From assembly GCA_965242965.1 (NCBI GenBank), contig OZ251518.1, positions 1,224,691-1,288,690 of the forward strand: a stretch of 64,000 nucleotides of DNA, given 5' to 3'. This stretch comes from Candidatus Poribacteria bacterium (GTDB taxonomy: Bacteria > Poribacteria > WGA-4E > WGA-3G). The notes beneath the pieces were generated by a model. That model was given only the letters and a program-made list of their open reading frames with translations. It ran no database searches and was not told the DNA's origin. Below, one piece after another: positions 1 to 9,461 of the stretch (position 1 is its first letter; every line of letters begins with the position of its first letter). A program made the translations under genes and the position numbers.

Positions 1-77
1 ATCGGGACAAGGATGTCCCTCCTACCCAGAAGGCAATCGAGACCGGGAGGTCTCTCCTACCGGCCCCGACTTAACGA
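1..77. repeat. REP-type hairpin pair (stems GGGACA/TGTCCC and GAGACC/GGTCTC, each followed by CTCCTAC, i.e. a reverse GTAG head)
   Basis: atcgggacaaggatgtccctcctac and atcgagaccgggaggtctctcctac read directly. The same units recur throughout the window. Confidence 0.8.
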
Positions 78-968
78 CTAGCGCGTGAGTGCATACGCGA
101 CGACGTTTATGCCCTGCCTGAATGCCCAATTCCGTTGTTCGTCGCCGCCGGGACTGCACGGCCGCCCTTCCCACGCACAGTTGAGATCGCTTGGACAAAA
201 GTAGACCATCACCCGGTCTCCGTCCATGATGGCCTCGTCCGCGTCGCAGACTCCGGGGATGAGTTTATCGCCGCCCATGTATTCGTCATGTTCGTAGAGC
301 GTGTGATAAATCGGATGGTCCATCTCCAATTTCTCAAACTGCTTTTCCGGGTAGACTTGGCGCATCATCTCGATGACATCCGGTCGCAAACCGCCTCTGC
401 CGCCATTAAGACGCGCGTCGCAATCCTCAACGTGCAGGAAACCGCCGCGTTCAAGATACTCGCGAAGTTTTCGCGCCTGCTCCTCTGACAGCCGGATACC
501 CCTGTGCCCCGTCATAAAGAGATAGGGATAGGCGAAGAGCCCGGCATCGTCAATGTCTACGTATTGCGGATGTTCGCGCACCTCCACGTTAATTGAGGTA
601 TTCAAGGCGAGCACCTCTGCGAACTTCTTATCGGACTGCCAGTGGTAATAATTGACGATGTTCGTCCACCAATCGCTTTCGCGGTATCTGCGATTGCCGC
701 CGGGGTACTTGAGGCGAACGAAGGTGAACTTCTCCCCAGTCGGATTCATCTCTGGGTAGTGGTGCTCAATGATACCGTAACGGCCGAGGTATCTGTCGCC
801 GCCGGCATCGTAATAGAGCTCCCCGCGGTAACCGAACTGCGCCGCCGCAGTCTGGATTAAACTTCCGCCTGCGATAGCAGAAGCGGCGAGCCCAGCGGCA
901 CCTTTGATAAACGAACGCCTTGTGAGGGGTTCCGTCTTCTCTTCAATGGGATTTGGGTTAATTAACAT
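78..968 (-). CDS. Tat-signal exported DUF4159-like protein
   Basis: 296-aa ORF with a twin-arginine signal (TRRSFIKGAAGLAASA). FTFVRLKY and YPYLFMTGHRGIRLSEEQARKLREYLERGGFLHVED resemble DUF4159 from memory. GGAGGA Shine-Dalgarno upstream of the ATG at 968. Confidence 0.65.
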   Translation of the reverse strand: MLINPNPIEEKTEPLTRRSFIKGAAGLAASAIAGGSLIQTAAAQFGYRGELYYDAGGDRYLGRYGIIEHHYPEMNPTGEKFTFVRLKYPGGNRRYRESDWWTNIVNYYHWQSDKKFAEVLALNTSINVEVREHPQYVDIDDAGLFAYPYLFMTGHRGIRLSEEQARKLREYLERGGFLHVEDCDARLNGGRGGLRPDVIEMMRQVYPEKQFEKLEMDHPIYHTLYEHDEYMGGDKLIPGVCDADEAIMDGDRVMVYFCPSDLNCAWEGRPCSPGGDEQRNWAFRQGINVVAYALTR

Positions 969-1103
969 TGCCTTTTCCTCCTATCTAATACGGATTTCCG
1001 AGAGTCTGGCAGCATCGAGACCAGGAGGTCTCTCCTACCAAGAGGGCATCGAGACAAGGAGGTCTCTCCTGCCTTTTCCTCCTATCTAATACGGATTTCC
1101 GAG
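969..1103. repeat. 34-bp perfect direct repeat (969-1002 and 1070-1103) flanking two GAGACC-stem REP hairpins
   Basis: tgccttttcctcctatctaatacggatttccgag occurs twice. The intervening 67 bp holds two atcgagacc(a/a)ggaggtctctcc units. Confidence 0.9.
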
Positions 1104-2681
1104 GAGCTCAAACGTAACGCTTTGCGCTGCTGCCCCTTGCAACCGTTCGGAAGCGCGGTTGCTTGCAATTGCGCGGATGCGGTGGTTCGCGATGCCGAGG
1201 TCGCGGAGGAACTGCGCCGCCGCTGTTGCGCGCTGCACCGCCAACCTCTGATTTGCACCCGGGTCTCCTTCTTGCCGCGTATGTCCAACAACGCGCAGAT
1301 AATACTGAGGGAACGACTTCAGATCGGCGGCGAGTTGTCGCAAGGCGCGTTCGCTGTTCCGAAGAATTCGCGCATTTCCCCTCCCGAATTGGATCGGTTC
1401 AATCTTCATCGCCGCGACAGGCGCGAGCGTATCCCAATTCGCATCTGACAACGGATTCAACGCTTTCTCTGCGCGCACCTCTTCCGATACCGGTGTGCTG
1501 CCGATGACAATATCGTCTAAACCGCCGCCTTTTGATGTCAAAACACCGGGATGGAAATTATCGTGGTGTAGCGAGCGCAAAATCCCTTCATAGTAAAGCG
1601 AATCGTAATTGCCGGCAACCGGGTCTGCGGCGATAGAATCGGTGCTGACTAGCACCTGCATAATCTTCGCTATCATCGCTTCGAGCCGGTCCGTGCCTTT
1701 CGCCGCCTGCCCGGAAATCACGCCGAAATGCGCGTAGTTCTCCATCGTGTTCCGCCACGCAATCCCCTCAACGAGTTTGAGCGTCTCAGTCCGATTCAGC
1801 GCATCGCCATACTGCTTGGCATCCGCCTCAATTAGGGAGACTAATCCATCACTTTGGTTATGATAATCGTAGTTTGCCCGCAGATACGCCTGCACGACAT
1901 GCGTGACGAGTTCGGCGTTCGCGCTCAAAAATTCGCGCTGAACGACCAGCACATCAACGATGTAGCCTTTCAGTTTGGAACTATCCAGCAGCAAATGCAC
2001 GCCATCGATGGCGAGTGCCTTCGTCACGTAAGGTTCCCAAACGACGTAAGCGTGCGGCTCATCCGGATCGGCGGATTTGAGTTTCTTATAGACTGCCTCT
2101 GCACCGTTTGCCTCCACTGCCCAATCTGTCGGGAGACTCGGCAGACTCATCTTGTTTATCATGATGCGTGCCAGCGTCTCACTCGGTGAATCCGGCGTGA
2201 TGACGATGCGCGCCTGCGGGTGGCTCAAACTCGGAATCTGTGGGACTCCGCGCTGATACGCGACAATCGCATCCGCGCCTTTGGACTCATCAATCACGAG
2301 GACAATTGAACCCGGGAACTCGCCGAGGATACTCCCCGCCTTGAGGTAAGCATCAATAGTAAACACTGCCATCTGATGCTTGCCGCTTTTCAGCCCGCGC
2401 ATTCTCCCCACATAATCCGCTTTATCGTCAACAAAGGTGAGTTTTATCCCGTGCCGGTCCAACAGATTTTTCACGGCTGGCGAACGAAGAATCGCATACC
2501 CTGGAAACGAGTCGTGCGCCACTTTCATCTCGTGCGCGTAACGCTGCGTGCTCGTCTCCTTGACGAGGTTGCCGCGCAGCCGCGGCTCAACCACGAACTT
2601 ATAGACGAGCCCGATTATCCCAATAATAATCAGCCAACTCGCCACCATGATGATTTTGCTCTTTTTCGCAGCAGCATCCAT
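1086..2681 (-). CDS. membrane-anchored periplasmic substrate-binding-like / OmpA-family protein
   Basis: 531-aa ORF with an N-terminal TM segment (IIMVASWLIIIGIIGLVY). The C-terminus YYLRVVGHTRQEGDPGANQRLAVQRATAAAQFLRDLGI is OmpA-C-like. Confidence 0.7.
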   Translation of the reverse strand: MDAAAKKSKIIMVASWLIIIGIIGLVYKFVVEPRLRGNLVKETSTQRYAHEMKVAHDSFPGYAILRSPAVKNLLDRHGIKLTFVDDKADYVGRMRGLKSGKHQMAVFTIDAYLKAGSILGEFPGSIVLVIDESKGADAIVAYQRGVPQIPSLSHPQARIVITPDSPSETLARIMINKMSLPSLPTDWAVEANGAEAVYKKLKSADPDEPHAYVVWEPYVTKALAIDGVHLLLDSSKLKGYIVDVLVVQREFLSANAELVTHVVQAYLRANYDYHNQSDGLVSLIEADAKQYGDALNRTETLKLVEGIAWRNTMENYAHFGVISGQAAKGTDRLEAMIAKIMQVLVSTDSIAADPVAGNYDSLYYEGILRSLHHDNFHPGVLTSKGGGLDDIVIGSTPVSEEVRAEKALNPLSDANWDTLAPVAAMKIEPIQFGRGNARILRNSERALRQLAADLKSFPQYYLRVVGHTRQEGDPGANQRLAVQRATAAAQFLRDLGIANHRIRAIASNRASERLQGAAAQSVTFELLGNPY

Positions 2682-2746
2682 GTCTTATCCCTCAGAACGA
2701 TTTCGGTTTCCTCGGCACTGTGAACGACAAACAAATATAGGTTCTT

Positions 2747-2810
2747 GGTAGGAGAGACCTCCCGGTCTCGATTCCCCCCGGTAGGAGAGACCTCCCGGTC
2801 TCGATGCAAT
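2747..2810. repeat. two tandem GTAG-GAGAGACC..GGTCTC REP hairpins
   Basis: ggtaggagagacctcccggtctcgat occurs twice. Confidence 0.85.
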
Positions 2811-2877
2811 TCCTGTCCTGACAAGCGTCTGCCAGCGCAAACTACAGAAACTGCATCGAGACTCCCTGCAAGGCAGC

Positions 2878-3798
2878 TCATCTCCTCCGTCTTAAAACGA
2901 AAAATGCGATAATCGCGATGGCAAGAACCGGCAGCCAGGGGAAGTTACCAATTGGGTTGCGCCGCGGCTTTCGGGGTTGTTGTACCGGTGTCGCCGGTGC
3001 CACTTGTTGCGATGGCGGCGTTTCACTGGCGCGCATCGCAATAGCCACGTTGCTCGGCGGCGTTGTCAGCCGCTGAATTAAGTCCAAAGCAATTTCGGGT
3101 GTCAGCGGCGCGATGTCTTCAAACACTTCTTCGCTACTGACATCCGTTCCGGCATCATCGGTGGTTTCGGCGAGAATCTGTGACACCGCTGCTACCAATT
3201 CGCCGGGGTTGTCTGCGCGCCGATAACTATCTACCATCGTGGCTAACATGTGGTCCGTCTTCATATCCACGCCGATGACATCAATGCGGAGTTGCCGTTT
3301 GAGGACTTCCGGTGTATACTGCCGAACTTTGCGCGCATCCGATGCCTCGCCATCTGTTACAACTAACAGCCGATAACTTCCGTAGTTATACTGCTTTTCA
3401 CGCTGTTCCAAGAGGCGATTCGCGCCGAGGCGGATGTATTTTCCGAGGGGCGTGCCGCCACTCGGCCGAGGGCTGTCAATCGCCGCCATCAGCCTCGGCA
3501 TATCAACCTGTCCTAACGGATACACCCAGTCGTTCCGAACGTTCGCGCCGCTGAAAACCAGCAGGCCGATGTGCGTATCCGCAGGAACTTTCGCCAAGAC
3601 TTCCCGCAATGCCGCCTTTGCCGCGTCCATCTTGGTCAGCGTCCGGTCGCTGCTAAATCTGTCTTTCATGGAGCCGGAGGCATCCAAGATGACGACGATA
3701 TTATCGGAGTGGAGTGCATCATCGGCACGACTCATCTGAACGCAAACTAGCACGCTCAGGAAGAGCAGGCACCATAAGTTTCGCTGTCTCATATCCAT
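2878..3798 (-). CDS. von Willebrand factor A (vWA) domain protein with signal peptide and C-terminal TM anchor
   Basis: MIDAS-like VVILDASGSM and LLVVTDGE. N-terminal hydrophobic signal. C-terminal WLPVLAIAIIAFFVLRRRR. Confidence 0.8.
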   Translation of the reverse strand: MDMRQRNLWCLLFLSVLVCVQMSRADDALHSDNIVVILDASGSMKDRFSSDRTLTKMDAAKAALREVLAKVPADTHIGLLVFSGANVRNDWVYPLGQVDMPRLMAAIDSPRPSGGTPLGKYIRLGANRLLEQREKQYNYGSYRLLVVTDGEASDARKVRQYTPEVLKRQLRIDVIGVDMKTDHMLATMVDSYRRADNPGELVAAVSQILAETTDDAGTDVSSEEVFEDIAPLTPEIALDLIQRLTTPPSNVAIAMRASETPPSQQVAPATPVQQPRKPRRNPIGNFPWLPVLAIAIIAFFVLRRRR

Positions 3799-3811
3799 TC
3801 CCTACGGTTTC

Positions 3812-3929
3812 AGTAGGAGAGACCTCCCGGGCTCGATGTCCCCGTAGGAGAGACCTCCTGGTCTCGATTTTTCGTATCGGGACAGGGATATCCCTCCTAC
3901 CAGAATCGGGACAGGGATGTCCCTCCTAC
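3812..3929. repeat. four REP hairpins (two GAGACC-type, two GGGACA-type)
   Basis: gtaggagagacctcc(c/t)gg(g/t)ctcgat twice, then atcgggacagggat(a/g)tccctcctac twice. Confidence 0.85.
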
Positions 3930-3952
3930 AGCTCTTGACTCTCGCGAATCCA

Positions 3953-5821
3953 TCAAAAATCGAAATCAGAAACGGCGACTGCCTCCGCCGATACCTTAAT
4001 CAATGCAAATTCAACTCGGCGATTTTCTGCCGCCTCCGCGGGGCTTGTCGGTTTAGCGATAAGCGGTTCCTTAATCCCCACCCCGACCGGCACGATCTGG
4101 TCCGGATCGATGCGTGCATTTTTGCGGCGCGCGTAATCAATAATCGCATCCTTCACCGCTTCACCGCGCTGTTCTGAGAGTTTCAGAGCTGCTTTCATCA
4201 CCTGATACGGATTTTCAGCGGCGTTCGCGCTATCAAACTTTTTTCGTTCAATGAGACGCATTAAGGCAGCAGTATCCTCAAGGCTGAACGCTTTTCCGTC
4301 CATAAAGTATTTGTAATTCCCGCGGCTGCCGGTGCGTTTCAAAACCCCGCTTTGTAGCCCCGATTTCACCAGGACACTCAGCGTTCGCGAAGGATCGCTG
4401 TGGCCCTTGATTGCGATAGCGGCGTTGCCGTATTTGGAGGCAAGTTCCACCACCCGGTCGAATTCAGAACGATACTCGTTGCCACTGAAGGTGTCCTGAT
4501 TCGCCTTGAATTGTATGGTGAAGGAGATAAGCGTCTTTTCGTCCAGCACCGCGTCTTCGTTAAACGTCTCAATTTCGGCGCGCACCACCTCTTTTTTGAA
4601 CCGCTGCTGCTCAAGTTGCGCCGCGTCATCGACGGTTGTCGTGAGCAAATCCTTAAAGACAGACGCGTTAAAATTCAGATCGGACGGCAACAGCGCGTAG
4701 CGTTGCTTGGCGAAACCCCAGTTGACAGCCATGTCCAACCCCGCTTTGTTGAATCCCTCAAAGCCGCTGATGGTATTCCTCGGGTCATTGAAGAAAGCGA
4801 TGTTGCCGGGTTGTCCGACGAAAGTGCAATCGGCGATGAGCCCGTGCGCGTCTTCCTCTAGCGTGGGAAGCACGTCTCTGCCGTAGATAGTCTGCATCAT
4901 CGTTAGCAGCGTGATGTATTTCGCGGAACCGCTTGATTCATAAGCCTTTTTCAGGGCGATTACCTCCTCTGCGCCTTTGAGGTACCCGGCGAAGAAGCGT
5001 TCGACAAAAGGCTTGTAGGCATCGTAGAAATCCTTGCGGCACGCGTAGACATCGGCGATGGAGCGAGAGAGCGTCGCAGTGCTAACGACGACGTGCGCGC
5101 CTTTCACCGTGCCTTCCGCCCCTGTCCCCGTATTCTCCGCACCGCCTGTCAACCCAAGCATATCTGGCGTGATGACGAAGCAGCCAGCGATGGAGGCATC
5201 GTTGCGGAAACGTTCCGCGGGCCCCTTCGCGCCAGTCAATTCATCTACCCAGACAATCTGCACATTTGACTTGGTGAGCCGCGCCGAGTTCAGCATATCG
5301 TAAAGCATGCCGACGTGCGGGCCGCCCTGTTGAATGGCAATCTTTTTGCCGTTTAAATCAGCAATCCTCCGAATGTTGGCCCGCCCGACAAAATGGTCTC
5401 CTGCAGACCAGGTGAGTTGTCCAAACACAACCGGTTTAGTCCGCGCATCGCGTCCGATCGCTTCACTCGCTTGCGCTATCATCCGAAACGTCCCGCGCAG
5501 GAAAGGGGATTTGCCGGCGAGATAATCGCGTACCTGCTGCTGGAAATCGTCGCCCGGCACCAATTTCAGATTCATGCCTATCTCTTCCATGATGGTTCCC
5601 TGTTGCGTCGTCAGTCCACCGTTGGCGTGGAAGAGTGCGGCTTCGCCGCCCCAGGTAATATAAGGCACGACAAGCGGTGCAATCGCTGTTACCTCTTTGA
5701 TGGTAACGGGCCCGACTGCATCGGCGAAACGTTGCTGTGCATCTGCCCGCGGCACAAAAATCAGGATGAACAAGCATATCAATAACGTGGCATTTCTTTT
5801 CATTAGTTTTTTTCTCCTCAT
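3953..5821 (-). CDS. periplasmic substrate-binding-like / OmpA-family protein (same architecture as 1086-2681)
   Basis: 622-aa ORF with a signal peptide (LLICLFILIFVPRADA). C-terminal IKGHSDPS...LSEQRGEAV...NRRVEFALIKV is OmpA-C-like. Confidence 0.7.
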   Translation of the reverse strand: MRRKKLMKRNATLLICLFILIFVPRADAQQRFADAVGPVTIKEVTAIAPLVVPYITWGGEAALFHANGGLTTQQGTIMEEIGMNLKLVPGDDFQQQVRDYLAGKSPFLRGTFRMIAQASEAIGRDARTKPVVFGQLTWSAGDHFVGRANIRRIADLNGKKIAIQQGGPHVGMLYDMLNSARLTKSNVQIVWVDELTGAKGPAERFRNDASIAGCFVITPDMLGLTGGAENTGTGAEGTVKGAHVVVSTATLSRSIADVYACRKDFYDAYKPFVERFFAGYLKGAEEVIALKKAYESSGSAKYITLLTMMQTIYGRDVLPTLEEDAHGLIADCTFVGQPGNIAFFNDPRNTISGFEGFNKAGLDMAVNWGFAKQRYALLPSDLNFNASVFKDLLTTTVDDAAQLEQQRFKKEVVRAEIETFNEDAVLDEKTLISFTIQFKANQDTFSGNEYRSEFDRVVELASKYGNAAIAIKGHSDPSRTLSVLVKSGLQSGVLKRTGSRGNYKYFMDGKAFSLEDTAALMRLIERKKFDSANAAENPYQVMKAALKLSEQRGEAVKDAIIDYARRKNARIDPDQIVPVGVGIKEPLIAKPTSPAEAAENRRVEFALIKVSAEAVAVSDFDF

Positions 5822-5884
5822 TTCTCCTCATTGGGGTGAGTCTATTTTTATTTTACCATAACAGGTTGGAAAATGTCCAGTTAA

Positions 5885-7040
5885 TTGAGGGTATTTCATA
5901 AATGGTTGAAAAACGTCAGGAGATGGGGTATCCCAGCATGAAGAACCAACAACATTTTAGGATACACCCCATGAACTCTCCTCACATGCATTAGTATATC
6001 ATATTGCTTTTTTCTTTGCTAGTTGATTTTTTTACTACCCGGAACCCATCCCGGCCCCCGCGCGACGGTAAAAAAAACGTGCTGCTTACCGTAGGGCGAG
6101 GGCCTGTCCCTCGCCATGCCTCGATCGGGAGGGAAATGGCCTTGGTTGGCGTGTGGTTTTCGCGCAGGTCGAGTGATCGCGGGGGACAGGCCCCCGCGCT
6201 ACGGTATGCCAGGCCATCTCCTTTCACCGTAGGGCGAGGGCCTGTCCCTCGCCGTGCCTCGATCTACACGGGAAACGGCTTTGGGCGGCGTGCGTTTTTC
6301 GCGCAAGTCGAACGCTCGCGGGGGACAGGCCCCCGCGCTACGGGCCAGGAAGGATTCTCCTTGTCATGCGCCGTTCGGGAACAGGCGAGCCCGAACTACG
6401 GTCTTCTCAAGGTCCTTTAGGTCCTTAATGTCTATAGTATACTTAATGTTTTCTGCGGCGTTACGTGTGCTGCACATTAAGGACCTAAAGGACCTTAGTG
6501 TTTTTTTTGGTCGGTGGGATACTATAGACATGCAGGACCTAAAGGACCTGAAGAGATTTTTTTCACGAGTGTGATCGCGGGGGACAGGCCCCCGCGCTAC
6601 GGTTAGTGGACCGCCTCCGTTTACCGTAGGGCGAGGGCCTGTCCCTCGCCGTGCCTCGGTCGGAACGGGAAAACGGCTTTGGGCGGCGTGCGGTTTTCGC
6701 GCAGGTCGAGTGATCGCGGGGGAAACCCGCTCGCCTGCGCGTGTGGCATGCGAGGGCCCCCGCGCTACGGGCCAGGAAAGGGTTCGCCTTTCCATGCGCC
6801 TGTTCGGGATCAGGCGAGCCCGAACTACGGTCACTGCGGCACGCGAGCGATCGCGGGGGACAGGCCCCCGCGCTACGGAATAATCTTGCGAATCGTGAAA
6901 ATCGTGTAAATCCTGCTCCTCTCTGGCGAATCTTGGAAATCGTGTAAATCTTGCTCCTCTCTGGCGAATCGTGAAAATCCTGCTCAAATATATAACCCAC
7001 GCTCGCCGATACAGAGAGTTCTCCCTGGTTATCAAGATTC
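5885..7040. repeat. composite repeat block: TIR-like head, ~200-bp conserved segment, arrays of GTAG hairpins, AGGACC hairpins, aatcctgctc tail
   Basis: 5885-6100 is near-identical to 8132-8345. The interior is built of ccgtagggcgagggcctgtccctcgcc and gatcgcgggggacaggcccccgcgctacgg units. Track ORFs 6004-6420, 6364-7197 and 6563-7045 lie wholly inside it. Confidence 0.85.
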
Positions 7041-7045
7041 TCCAA

Positions 7046-8110
7046 TCACGGTCTGGGCATCGGCTTTGAACTCTTCGCCTTTCCCCACGTGGTGGTGAGC
7101 AACCGCGGTTGCGGCGCGACCGGCAGTGCCGCCGGATCGAACCAATCCGCATCGAAATTGGAACCCTCGAAAGTGAGTTGTTCAACAACACCGCCACCTA
7201 AAGCAACCTTGAAAAGTTGGAGCTCATTGCCAACGAGTTGATGATAAATCAAGTCATCTCCCCGTGGAGACCAGGTTGGTTCGGACGTTTTCGTGCCATC
7301 CAAGGCGACAATCTGTTTTAACCCGTTCCCATCGCGATTGATGGAATAGATGGTAGTCTGGATATCAACCGGTTTCCCTTCTCCTTTGATGACAACTCCT
7401 TGCTTGTCGCCAGCTTTTAGGGCATCGCGTGCCTCTTCTGCCTTGTCGGCGATGAAATCGAATAACTCTAGCCGAGTAAAGGCGAGTTGCGTGCCATCGG
7501 GACTCCACGCCAAGTCCATGGCGACGGCACCTTTCATAGGGGCAATTACCTCCTCCACCTGAGTCTCTACGTTGATGGCGCGAATCTCGCCGTTTGCCCC
7601 AACAAAAGCAATCTCGGTTCCACCGGGAGACCAGGTAGGAAAGCTGCCATCTGCTAACGGCTCTTCACGTGCTCCCTCAATAGCGGCGATGTAGAGCCTC
7701 GTCACTTTTTTGTCTTTCTGATTGAGACTGCCGCGCACGTAGGCGATGCGTTTTCCATCGGGTGCCCACGTCGGATGTTGTCTCACATCCCATTGCCGGA
7801 AAACGCGTCTGGTGTTTCGTCCATCCGCGTTCATGAGATAGAGATCGAGAAAGCCATCGCGGTCGGACGTGAAAAGGATGTGCCTTCCTGTCGGAGACCA
7901 GGTGGGGTGGTAGTTGTTTCCATCCAAATGAGTCAAACCCTCCGGCTCAGTGCCATCGGGATTCATCAGATAAATGTCCCATGCACCATCGCGATTTGAG
8001 GAGAACACGATTTTGGCAGTTGCCGGGGCTCTAGCAAGGCTTACCGCAACGCTGGCGAGCATCAGTACCAAACTGAGCGCGCCAAAATATGAAAAATGCA
8101 TCCGTTTCAT
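7046..8110 (-). CDS. TolB-like PD40 beta-propeller repeat protein, exported
   Basis: Repeated SNRDGAWDIYLMNPDG, TSDRDGFLDLYLMNADG and WSPDG motifs. I prefer the start at MKRMHF (8110), which has AGGAGA 8 nt upstream, followed by a signal peptide. Confidence 0.8.
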   Translation of the reverse strand: MKRMHFSYFGALSLVLMLASVAVSLARAPATAKIVFSSNRDGAWDIYLMNPDGTEPEGLTHLDGNNYHPTWSPTGRHILFTSDRDGFLDLYLMNADGRNTRRVFRQWDVRQHPTWAPDGKRIAYVRGSLNQKDKKVTRLYIAAIEGAREEPLADGSFPTWSPGGTEIAFVGANGEIRAINVETQVEEVIAPMKGAVAMDLAWSPDGTQLAFTRLELFDFIADKAEEARDALKAGDKQGVVIKGEGKPVDIQTTIYSINRDGNGLKQIVALDGTKTSEPTWSPRGDDLIYHQLVGNELQLFKVALGGGVVEQLTFEGSNFDADWFDPAALPVAPQPRLLTTTWGKAKSSKPMPRP

Positions 8111-8131
8111 CGTCAATTTCTCCTGATTCAA

Positions 8132-8755
8132 ATGAGGGGGTTTCATAACTCGTTGTAAAATGTCAGGAGATGAGGTATCCTAGCATGAAGAACCAACAAC
8201 ATTTTAGGCGACATCCCGTGAAGTTTCCTGACATACATTAGTATATCACATTGCTTTTTTCTTTGCTAGTTGATTTTTTTTGCCATCCAGAACCCATCCC
8301 GGCCCCCGCGCGACGGTAAAAAAAACGTGCTGCTTACCGTAGGGCGAGGGCCTGTCCCTCGCCATGCCTAGGTCGGAACGAGAAACGGCCTTGGCCAGTG
8401 GACGATTTTCGCGCAGGTCGAACGATCGCGGGGGACAGGCCCCCGCGCTACGGTTTGCAAGGCCGTCTCCGTTTTACCGTAGGGCGAGGGCCTGTCCCTC
8501 GCCGTGCCTCGATCGGGAGGGAAATGGCCTTAGTTGGCGTGCGTTTTTCGCGCGGGTCGGGCGATCGCGGGGGACAGGCCCCCGCGCTACGGGCCAGGAA
8601 GGGGTTCTCCTCGCTATGCACCGTTCGGGATCAGGCGCTCCCGAACTACGGTCTCCAGCTCCAATCTTGCGAATCGTGATAATCGTGTAAATCCTGCTCC
8701 TCTCTGGCTAATCCTGGAAATCTTGAAAATCCTGCTCAAAATCCTGCTCATCATT
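8132..8755. repeat. second copy of the composite repeat block
   Basis: Same head segment, hairpin units and aatcctgctc tail as 5885-7040. Confidence 0.85.
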
Positions 8756-8759
8756 AATC

Positions 8760-8788
8760 TTGACATCTTTCCTGGAATATGATATTAT
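8760..8788 (+). promoter_or_regulatory. sigma70-type promoter candidate for tatA
   Basis: TTGACA (8760-8765), 17-nt spacer, TATTAT (8783-8788). A TATAAT also occurs at 8793-8798. Confidence 0.5.
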
Positions 8789-8849
8789 ATCTATAATATC
8801 ACGCGTGCATCGTTAAATCACGCGGATTTTGTTAATAGGGAGGCAAAAT

Positions 8850-9062
8850 ATGTTTGGAGGTCTTGGTCCTTGGGAACTATTAATTGTGTTAGCCATCGTG
8901 CTACTCATCTTCGGTGGGAAACGCCTACCAGACCTGGCGCGTGGACTCGGGAAGAGTATCAGTAACTTTAAGTCCGGCCTCAACGAAGAACCCGATGAGG
9001 CTGATACCGATACTGCAACGACTCGCGAGAAAGAACCGCCGCAGAAGAAGCAGTCGAGTTAA
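8850..9062 (+). CDS. tatA: twin-arginine translocase subunit TatA/E
   Basis: MFGGLGPWELLIVLAIVLLIFGGKRLPDLARGLGKSISNFK is the canonical TatA N-terminus. GGGAGG sits upstream of the ATG at 8850. Confidence 0.9.
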   Translation: MFGGLGPWELLIVLAIVLLIFGGKRLPDLARGLGKSISNFKSGLNEEPDEADTDTATTREKEPPQKKQSS

Positions 9063-9087
9063 GAAGCAACCCGCGAATTCGTTCCTT

Positions 9088-9113
9088 GTAGGCACGCTTT
9101 CAAAGCGTGCCTA
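9088..9113. terminator. GTAG-headed hairpin downstream of tatA (REP variant, possible terminator)
   Basis: gtaggcacgctttcaaagcgtgccta forms a stem of about 10-12 bp. Confidence 0.45.
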
Positions 9114-9137
9114 GCGGAAATCCTAAAGGGAGAAAAA

Positions 9138-9461
9138 ATGAACGACACATTGCCCGATTTCCTTCAGAAGGTCATCGACGAATATCCGGAAGTCTGGCAG
9201 GCGTATCAGGCTCTAGGCGAGGCTTGCAGCAACGCCGGACCTCTTGACGCGAAGACATCACGACTCGTGAAACTCGCTTTGGCCATTGGCGCGAAATCGG
9301 AGGGCGCGGTGCATTCGCACGCACGCCGTGCCCTCCGCGAAGGAGTAACACCCGAAGAATTACAACAAGTAGCGATGCTGGCGGTGACTTCCATCGGCTG
9401 GTCCTCGAGTATGGCCGCGCTTGCTTGGATTCGGGATGTTACGGAAAAAGAGAAGCGGTAG
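9138..9461 (+). CDS. carboxymuconolactone decarboxylase (AhpD-like) family protein
   Basis: 107 aa. LDAKTSRLVKLALAIGAKSEGAVHSHARRALREGVTPEELQQV matches the CMD-domain pattern. The stop TAG is the TAG of a GTAG REP head. Confidence 0.7.
   Translation: MNDTLPDFLQKVIDEYPEVWQAYQALGEACSNAGPLDAKTSRLVKLALAIGAKSEGAVHSHARRALREGVTPEELQQVAMLAVTSIGWSSSMAALAWIRDVTEKEKR

Noticed and set aside
6364-7197. Long track ORFs lying inside repeat blocks, for example 6004-6420, 6364-7197, 6563-7045, 8364-8690, 14236-14487, 15348-15731, 38059-38358, 40717-41088, 54603-55139 and 55046-55375.
   Set aside because: Their peptides are reiterations of REP translations (GDRPPRYG, RGPVPRHAS, ARGPVPRD, SRGTGPRAT) in several frames and on both strands. 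They have no Shine-Dalgarno and no family resemblance. They are open only because GC-rich palindromes lack stop codons.
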